From Ophelia neglecta (lineage: Eukaryota), in contig OZ260665.1 of assembly GCA_965285935.1 (NCBI GenBank), positions 32,798,001 through 32,862,000 of the forward strand: a stretch of DNA of 64,000 bases, given 5' to 3'. How positions within the stretch are numbered: the first letter of the stretch is position 1; each line of letters begins with the position of its first letter. Shown piece after piece: positions 55,014 to 64,000 of the stretch. The notes under the pieces were generated by a model. The model did not search any database. It was not told where the DNA came from and worked only from the letters and a program-made list of their open reading frames with translations. The translations under genes were made by a program, and so were the position numbers.

Positions 55014-55046
55014 CCCTGATGACGGCTGTATCAGTCGAAAGCTAGG
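55014..55046 (+). ncRNA. Minimal type I hammerhead ribozyme motif (Penelope-type)
   Basis: cc-CTGATGA-c-GGCTG-tat-CAGTC-GAAA-GC-TA-gg. Both conserved core boxes are present, with a 5-bp stem II (one G-U), a palindromic AGCU stem III, a UA cleavage site (cut after 55044) and a 2-bp stem I. Confidence 0.6.
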
Positions 55047-56474
55047 AGATTATACCTTTTTTACACCTACTTTGATCTTATTTCTCTTATATTGTATTAC
55101 TACAGAGGTGTGCACAGCGGACGCAACTTATATTTTGAATTAACCAAGGTGTCAACTTATGATTCGTATATTTCCCCAAGCCACACGACCAATAAAATAG
55201 CTCTTATCACTCACGTTTATAGATAATCCACCTGACTAAATATGAGTAAGCTTTCCTGAGAATTCTCGATCTTAAGATTCCTGAATGAACTCCTGCCATC
55301 TAATCCAAACATAAAGACAAATGGGAAATGAAATCGCAGGGTCTTTGATATGTAGGTTAATCTTCCGCATCTCTCATTTATATTTGTTCCCGACACGGCT
55401 GCCAAGGAGTAGTGACATGTAGAATTAATAGCAGGAAAACCAACAGTATAGGAGTGACAAATTCGATTGGAGAGGCGCCAGGTTTACAGCTACTCAAATG
55501 AATTGAATAAATCATGATGGTCTAAAACAGCATAAAATGTGCCTCCTACTAGCCTACAATGAATATGTAATTGGTTACATTATTTTACTTAAACAACATG
55601 CGTTTAATCATATTTGACATTAACTAACTAATGTTACGTCCTATAGATAGCATTAAAACATTGAAGGTATTGCTTGAATATTTGGACTGTTCCGTAATTT
55701 CGCTGACGTTCAACGTACAACCCAATGCAGGTTGGGTCATCATTCTTATTAATATAGGTGTGATTTGTCAGAGGAGCAAAATCGTGACCAATACACTTTT
55801 CATTTTACATCTTATTGCACTGTGGAGAAGATTCAATACTCTTCGTCTGTAGTATACAGGAATCTGTTGTGTTTACTGAGACAAATTCATTTTTAGTCTC
55901 TAAAGGGGGGGGGGGGGTTGTTCCCACCATATGCAACACAAGGCATAATTTTGTCATCTCTTTCCAACGTTGACAAACCGACTCTAGTTTTTAAGCTGGG
56001 GAATAAGTATGTGGCTGTTGGATTCAGACAATTTCGGACCAATTCAATGAACTATTTTTGATATATGATGTTGACTAGCAACGGTCGCCGTGTATCAACT
56101 CCCGTGTTTTACATAGTATTTCAGTGCAGCATTTTGGACTATACGGTTACTCAATATGTGTTTCATCATACATCGTCTGCTATAAACCAACGTACGAGCA
56201 ACTGTATCCAAGCCCGGAGTTTTTGTTCATTGTTTTTGTTTGAATGCATTTGCATACATTTGCATTCATGTTTGCATTGTAGATGATAGATGAGGTAAAA
56301 AGTAAATCCAGTCCTTCTTAATCAACCCAAAGTGAGCTAAACAAGATATATGATAGGATGTTACAAAAACAAGATGTCCTAATTTACAATTATCCGCGAT
56401 TGAGCAGAAGCGAATTAGCGGATAATTGTTTTGTACACATCTGTGAGTAATTCTACAGCCCGTATACAACCGTA

Positions 56475-56586
56475 TGTCCAGTGTCGCTCGGGGTGAGATG
56501 TCTCGCCGCGAGACTTACCGAGCGATACTTGGACAGGCCGAGCTATTCACCCACCATAGCCGTCATTCTAGCCCGGTCGGCCTGTC
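56475..56586. repeat. Two overlapping GC-rich inverted repeats (double hairpin)
   Basis: Hairpin 1: tgtcca-gtgtcgctcgg...gtctcg ccg cgagac...ccgagcgatac-t-tggaca (56475-56535). Hairpin 2: gacaggccga/tcggcctgtc (56532-56541 / 56577-56586). Confidence 0.8.
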
Positions 56587-58595
56587 AGGTAACATCTAAT
56601 ACCCACCCACCCCACCCCCTCCCATCCCCCTTGAAATATGCTATAATCGTCTAAACCAACAGCGGCAAACCTATTTATTCGTTTTGTTTTTATTTCAAAT
56701 TTTAAAAAATTTGCTCAAAAAATAAATAAAAACAAAATGACGAGTAGAATATGGGTACAATTTCCCTAATATGCTTGCCGAGTGACTTGTTACCAGGAAG
56801 GGAGAGTATCACATTATGCCAATGAGACATTATGTCTTTCGGGAGACAAGTTGTGGCCTAAAAACAGGTAATATCGGTTGCGACAAACATATTAACCTAC
56901 ATATTGAATATTATTTGCGTGTTGATAGATATATATAAACGACAAATTAGGATTACAGTCCGAGATATGTGCCTGAAATAGCAGCTGACTTCATGGCAAA
57001 TGATAAGGTTTATATGGACTGTAATCGACCTCTAAGTGACCACTGATGGGTAGGCGGAATATATTATTCCCTCACTCTGACACACACGGAAGAATTACCG
57101 ACCATAGATATCACTGGATGTTTTCCTTCGACTCTCATTTGGAGTATTTCCGATAGATCCGCTAATATCAGTGACACAGGTATTTTGGCAGATAAAAATG
57201 AAATGAAAGTATAAACTCGACAGCGAATCGGAAGTGACTGTTGATGATTAATTTCCCGTACTCCGCGCACAGCCACATCACCATCTAGATGGTTCCGTAC
57301 CATAGAACAAATTGATTTACAGACTAAAGCTTTCTAAGGTTACTCTCGGAAATTAAATGTTATTCTGGAAAAACATATATATATAAATATATGTGAGTAA
57401 ATTATGCATATATGCACTGGTGGTGCACCCTTTGTTAATTGTGTGTTATGTTGATGTACTTGATTCCATTTAAAAGCGATTATAAGTGTTCAAAGAAAAT
57501 AAATTACAAAACAAAAATGTGCTAGTTATAAGGTTGAGTGTATGCATCGCTAGAATACCGTGAATGCCCTAGGGCCACTTTCATGTTTATCGTCTTAAGC
57601 TTGTAACGGCTAGTAGCCAAACTTCATATAATATCTATGCCACTGATGTCGTATTTTCACTATAGTCTAAAATGGATATTATGGCGTCATGTTAAAAACA
57701 GTTACACGCAGACTCGTCAATTTGAACATTATGTAAATTCCTTTTTGTAAATCAAATCAGGTTGTTATAGGCTCCGAAATTCCGATACTTCTCGAAAAGA
57801 AGCTGCAGATTTTATAGGATAATTCGTATTCATGAAATATCAAACCTTTATCAACAAGAGCCTTAAATCATATTCAAAGGCCAGCATTGGATCATATCTT
57901 GTGTTTATGTACAACAGAACTGACTGGTTATATATAGATAATGCTCCAACTGTGTATGTCGATAAACTTTTTCTTCTCCTTTTAAGCTACTATTGGATAA
58001 TTGAAGTAACGATAAGTACTTATTTTGTGTCATATAGATAATCATTTAGTGCCCTATTACGGGTAATCTCAGAGCCAAATTCTACCAGTGAAAAGGTTGG
58101 TATGAGTTTCCTGGGAAATGATTCCCTTTCTTCCATTATCTACCAAGACCCACAAGGAATATAAAAAGATTATTTATTTGAAAACCGCAAATGCGTCTGG
58201 TTTAATCAAATGGAGTCTACTGTAAACCAGGGAATATTCCAGTTGTGGATAATTTTGCGGAATAGTTCATGGTAATTTTGTATATAAGTGACATTTTGGA
58301 GCAGACGACAGACAGGAACCAAGTGATTTAGCGTCATAAATTTCGGTGTAATCGGAAATGTTATGTGAATGCAAACCATTTGCCCCAGCATGATTGTTTT
58401 GCAATTTGCCCAATTATGGCAAAGGGCTCATTGTCTCGAATTTCCTTGATGAAGATCTCGTGTGGATCTTGCGCAGGACATTTAGGCAATGGTCGAATGT
58501 TATATCCGATAAAAAGAACTCCATGAAGACAATTATTGCGTGGGAAAGTGAATTCCTGAATCCAATTTAATAAGTTATGGTAATGTGGAAAAAAA

Positions 58596-58664
58596 AGGAT
58601 ATTAGTTTATATTATCATATATACCGTTGGAGAGGATATTAATTTATATTTTCATATATACCGT
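58596..58664 (+). repeat. Tandem duplication, 37-bp period x~2
   Basis: aggatattagtttatattatcatatataccgt (58596) versus aggatattaatttatattttcatatataccgt (58633). Confidence 0.85.
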
Positions 58665-59525
58665 AGCCAGAATCCATATATCGTGGTTGAAACGAGGCTA
58701 CTGAATATTGGAGGAGAATCCCTAAATCAGCTTGTTATTGGTATATAACAAAACCGTTAAACCATATTTGAACCCGGTATACGATGTGCTGCCTCGGCCT
58801 AGCTACTTGTGTGACTTTATCAGCTTTTGGCTTCTGGGCATACAAGTTGCTAGGAAGATGTACCACACCGTATACGGGGTTCAAGCATGGTATAACTGGT
58901 GATATCACTGCCGCCAACCCAGTATGTGGCACAGGGTTTCTTGCGTGATACGTTCCAAAGACCAACTAACAAAATTAATGCCGCACCAGGAAACATTTTG
59001 GTACTCGTTTCCATCCATTGACCTTTTTTGATTTGTTATAAAAGTTTAGGAGCCGCCTAGATCATTGAGAACTTATTTCTTAAAATCACGAATTTCAACG
59101 TACGCCGTAATTGCCTCGTAGCTGTTCGATCATAACCTAATAATAAAAGATTGCTCCATGTCTTTCGCTGCACATCTGACAAGCGTAATGCCCCGGCTCA
59201 TAGTCTCCTGTATAATTAATATAGCTTATAAGACGCCGCCTTGGTTGACATCGCTATAGTCAGTATTCCTAAATTTGTTAATCAATTGACTCAATCAGGA
59301 GAAATACGAGATATCAGTTATATAATAAAAAGATGATTTGAAGTAATCTTTTTAAAATTATGTTAATTCGCCCTAGGCCACTGGTGTAGCAATGACGTAC
59401 ACAGTAGAAGGGTAGAAGCATTCTTTTTGCAAATTGCTAGAATGTGTTCAAGAACCCATCTAATAATTATACAATGAAGTCTACATATGTCATACCTTGA
59501 TATCTTACAGCGACTGGGCAGGCTG

Positions 59526-59641
59526 CCACCACGCAACACTTCTGTAGTGGGGCAATGACCTGATAGGCCCGAATACCACATCACAACACTTCTGTGGTGG
59601 GGTTATGACTTGACTGGCAAGGATCCCACCACACATCACTT
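59526..59641 (+). repeat. Tandem repeat, 50-bp period x~2.2
   Basis: caacacttctgtagtggggcaatgacctga (59534), caacacttctgtggtggggttatgacttga (59584), and the start of a third unit catcactt (59634). Confidence 0.8.
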
Positions 59642-59990
59642 TTAAATGTTAACATTATAGATGATGCATGACGGCACTAATGTATTTGAAATTGTTGAAG
59701 ACCGTATGTCAGACAGACCCCGGATAACGAAGAAAAGCAAACAGATCTTTTAGTTCAGACTGACTTATCATGACTCTTGTCTGTGCCTGCTATTTACTTA
59801 CACGTATATCGCACGTAGATGGTACTTTTACCATATAAAAGTTTGTTGCCCCATTTGTCAGCCATTTATAAATCATGCCACATGCCATCTTTGAGACATA
59901 AATTAAATCTTATCATGAATTATATCTTGAAACGCAGCTTTGACCATTTTGTCAATTTTGGCGGTGGGATGGTTTACCTGGAGGCACATA

Positions 59991-60270
59991 GAGGCGCGGT
60001 GGCCGAGAGGTCAGTGAGGTTGGATCCAAGACGAAGGAGATCCGTGTATCGACTTCGGACAAAGGCGATTGCGTGGTTAAGTTAGCAAGGACCATAATTT
60101 AACCGTGGCCCTTTCTACTCAGAAAACGAGCGGGTACCTGGCGAGATCGAATGAAAAGGGTTCTTAAGGGATTAATGGAATGTTTCTTGTATGCTCTCCA
60201 GGTAGGTAAGAAGACTCTAGAATGAAATGAATGATCTGGCTCATGTGTCAGAGGGTAATATGTAATGAAA
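59991..60270 (+). mobile_element. tRNA-derived SINE (decayed)
   Basis: Pol III A box GGTGGCCGAGAGG (59998-60010) and B-box-like GTATCGACTTC (60046-60056) at tRNA spacing. The body carries agcaagg.., gggtacctggc, gtatgctctccagg and gagggtaatatgtaa motifs typical of invertebrate SINE2 families. Confidence 0.6.
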
Positions 60271-63200
60271 TGTGACCAGACCTAACTGGAACAACACGTA
60301 AACCAGCACCAGCACCTATTACCTGTCTACTGAAGAGGTGATGCTTCCTAAAAAATATTATCATATTAGTAATAGAAACCGTATTTTCTTTTAACACAAT
60401 ATGGTGCTCGAATTAACCAGACAAGCCTGTCGAGGATCGATTGAAAGGGGATGACTTATTAACCACCCTCATTTTGTATAATAATTATCGTCATTATTTA
60501 GATTACACTCTTGAATGTAAACTGACTATATCTACACGGTGGCTAAAGGTAATTGGCTGGGCGAATGTTTTGTGGTCGGTTTCTGACCACAAGTGATGTG
60601 GTCAACGCTTATTAACCTATTTAATCTAACGTTACAACACAATGGCTCATCTCAATCAGTACCTGGATGGATACAAAATTGGATATAAAATAATTTATAT
60701 GCCAATTATTTCATGTGATCCACGTGTAACGTTATAGCCGATACATTTAAATTGAAAAGAAGTTCAAACGCGGAGTTTCATATGGCGCCAGGATAGGTTC
60801 AATCATGCAACTAACTTCCGTCGACAGCTCAGATGGCTTGGGGAGGGAATTGTGACGGAATGTAAGCCCCACGTCAGGTATTGATTGTTCTCTAGCTCGC
60901 AGAAGAATGATGAAAGATTAGGTTGATAAAACGGTGATGGACGCGATGCACGAACCATCTTCCGGTAAAATGGATTCATTTAAAGACAATATTATTTGAT
61001 CCTTATAATTGTGTTATGTTATATATTTAGTTGAAATCTTACATAAGAAATGTATGAAAGGTTGGTGTACAGTTGATTTCATTGAATATTGTTTGACTAT
61101 ACGTACTGTAACAAACTACCCTTGCTTCGGAACTATAAAGTCCAAAGGGGACACTATTTTACGAAACTACTTCATTTATTGTAAATTCAACGATATTTGG
61201 TGAACATAAATATTTTATGATTTGAAAAATCAAGTTTCATATAATAGTCTTGTCTATCGAAATTAACAATACATATATACATGTATAATTATTCATATAA
61301 AGAGAAGTTATAATCATCCCTTTTCAGAAGGGTCCAAATGGAATTGTGTTGAAGATGAAGACCCATATATACATTCAATATTATATTATGGCGGCTATCA
61401 CGCTAGCGATTACCTAAATCTTAGTGAGGGTCTCCATGACCATAATTATAATTTCAACTTACCATCTATCATTGTACATTTTCATGTTGCTATGGTCGAA
61501 TAAATACATCTGAATCTGATGAATTTCATTTTCTGTGTATTACCGTGTACTTTATTTAAACTATGTGGTGAACAATTGTACAATAATGCTATATTCATTA
61601 CTTCTTATTTTGATGAATTAAATATTAAAATAAATTCTTACTTATTCAAGATCTAGTTCAAGGTCCTATTTCATTATTTCTTTTTTCTTAAAACAACTAC
61701 GTTAAAAATAGGTCATAATTAAGGTTTCCCGAAAGCGCTTGATTTCAGGGTTTGAGATATTATATTATATCATATTTACTCCCTTTGTTTAAAAATATAT
61801 CTAAAGCAATTTTTCTTTAATAACTATTGATGTCACTGACACGGGTCTTTCTCCATGTCAGTCTTCATTTTTCGAATATTAGTCACAATTATAATAGATA
61901 TATTATAAAAGGTTCAGCATTTTTTCATTGAAAAGTGATATCACCAATTGACAGTTAGGAAGTTTCGTATTGGTAACCCCAGACAACACAAATTATGTAA
62001 ATGAAGTTGAAATAGATTTGATATATCTTTGGAGAACATGTTAGTATATAGTGAAGAAAGTTTGCACCGCCATATTGTGAGTCTGATATTCTAGCATGCT
62101 TTATTCACCGTGATTGTTAGTAGCGGGTGGTGCATGTGATCATATTTTACAGCGTTTTATATCATTTCTGTGTATTTTACCGCCCTGTCAGGCGGTAACT
62201 ATAGATGTCAACCAAACACGCCCGGATAACACGGCATGGACGCCAGCAGTAAACACGCTTTAAGGTATTTTATGGGACCTTTTTTTCGCCTAGATCATAA
62301 ATGATGAGATTGAACCACCAAAATCTCCCCAAAAAAACATAATTACAGAAGGTGTGTTGCTAATGCAGATGGTGATGAGGAATAATAAGCACATTTTACA
62401 ATAAATGCGTTTATTGTCGTCAATGAATGAACCATACAAAATGAGAGGGGTATATGCATGTGCATGCTATAAATATGGTGTCTGCATATTACCCAATCCA
62501 AGTAAAGTGGCTTAATCTGGCTCCAAAGGCTTTCGCCAGAGGTTATTGGCATCAAATATACCTCCCACAAATGCCTTCATGTTTTATATTATTGGGCTAG
62601 ACATCGTTCAACATAGACAAATTAAAAAAACTATATGCGAATTGCTTAATTTGTCGCAGAGGGGTGACAAGTGGTCTAAAACTTTGTAAGGTTCAATATT
62701 TGAAAAAGAACATTAATCAAACAAATGACTATGTCGCTAACAAACTTTGTAAATTTCCTTATTGGAAAATAGCTTTAATCAAACCAAAAAATTCTCACTG
62801 GATATAACAATCGATGACAAATACTCATATTAATAAAAAAAATCACATATTTGGAATTGTTAATCAGCTTAGATTCGAGAAAAACCAATAATTATACTTT
62901 TCGCCATAGTCTCGTCGCTATTCGCTAATTTTTCATAACCATCTTGCCAATATATTACAGTTTTATATTTAATGTTTTAAGGACTGATTATCAACCCACA
63001 GTTGGTTTACGTCATAAGGATGTATCGTCTGCCATTAACTTGCAGCACGGCCATAGTCCTGACAGTTTTTGAGAAAAAATATGATTAAGCTATAATTTGA
63101 TTCAATTCCACTAGGATTTTATGTCATTTTGAAGATAAGATAACTTTTATATGTAGCGATGTGTGATGAATGTCCAATCATCAACTGCATGGGTATTTTT

Positions 63201-64000
63201 TTATATGAAGGTTGTTTTTAGAGGTAATAGGGGATTTTTACAACTTTTCAGAAAAGGTTTTACCAGCTGTGAAAAAAAAAAATCAAAGGCCATAAGTTTT
63301 TCCTATTAAGGATTTGACCAGTTGGTCATGGCCTCTCAAATAAATTATAACGATATGAATATATGACTTTGGACCAAACCTGTTTTTCGTACTCCCAGTG
63401 GGAGCCACTTAGCTGAGATTCGGTGATAGTAGTTTGTCCAGATTCATCATAACCGTGATTTTGGGATAGATTAACAGTCACTTAGTGAGAAAAAGGAGCA
63501 TATTTAATGTCACATTGTCTGTTGCCTGTTTTATAATGGTATTGCAAATTTTCTGGGGAAAAAGAAGAGTAATGAACGATCATAACAACTGGTAAATCTA
63601 GGATATCTGCTAAAAACGACTACTCAGCTTTCATAATTTAAAAACTGTGGGATGGAATTCTACTCCCAGGGGGGGGGGGGGGTTAAGGGGTCCTACATTA
63701 GCCCCCAAGAAAAACTATCATGTACTTGCTGTAGTCCATATAAAATCGAAACGAACGAAGAACCCTTATTTTGTATCTTAAATGAAGAAGCAAAGCTTTT
63801 TAGTGAAAGGCGAAACTTACATCCTTAAATATAACGCACGGAAGCATGAGGCCAATATTACTATACCCAAAGACTAAGTAGGCCTATATCCTATATTGTC
63901 ACTTAATCGTAATCAGAAACCTGTGTCTTTAGAGGACTTTCCAATAGTACCACAACAACTGTCGGTCTCAATGGTCAGGACAAATCAGCGACAAATGACA

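Noticed and set aside
58444-58478. Hammerhead-like ttgatgaagatc...gatc (similar partial cores near 43635, 51341 and 53180)
   Set aside because: The core lacks C3 and/or GAAA, so it cannot be called a ribozyme.
59526-59641. 50-bp periodic repeats (and the 18570-18760 array) as CRISPR-like arrays
   Set aside because: Eukaryotic context, few and degenerate units, and no cas genes. These are ordinary tandem or TE sub-repeats.
59991-60065. Functional tRNA gene
   Set aside because: The B box is degenerate, there is no clean cloverleaf or T-run terminator, and the sequence continues into a SINE body.

Overview
This is AT-rich metazoan genomic DNA, most likely from a protostome invertebrate (probably a marine lophotrochozoan; this is inference). 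It is not prokaryotic. The only convincing host coding sequence is one large minus-strand exon (10370-9507, 288 codons, TM1-TM5) of a leucokinin/lymnokinin-receptor-like class A neuropeptide GPCR. The exon ends at a canonical AAG|GTAAGT donor, and I did not find the TM6/TM7 exon(s) in the window. Positions 1-9506 are therefore probably intron, and about 53 kb upstream has no recognisable gene. The non-coding DNA contains decayed retroelement fragments (CR1/L2-group, RTE-like, L1/Tx1-like and Penelope-like), a tRNA-derived SINE, MITE-like and hairpin elements, and small tandem or dispersed repeats. The most notable signals are: a minimal Penelope-type hammerhead ribozyme motif at about 55014-55046; a Lys at GPCR position 3.32, where this receptor group normally has the amide-binding Gln; an overlapping double-hairpin module at about 56475-56586; a 37-bp-arm hairpin in the presumed receptor intron; and an M-box cluster about 3.6 kb upstream of the receptor. 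I found no complete novel multi-gene system. All family assignments come from motif recognition by eye, not database searches.
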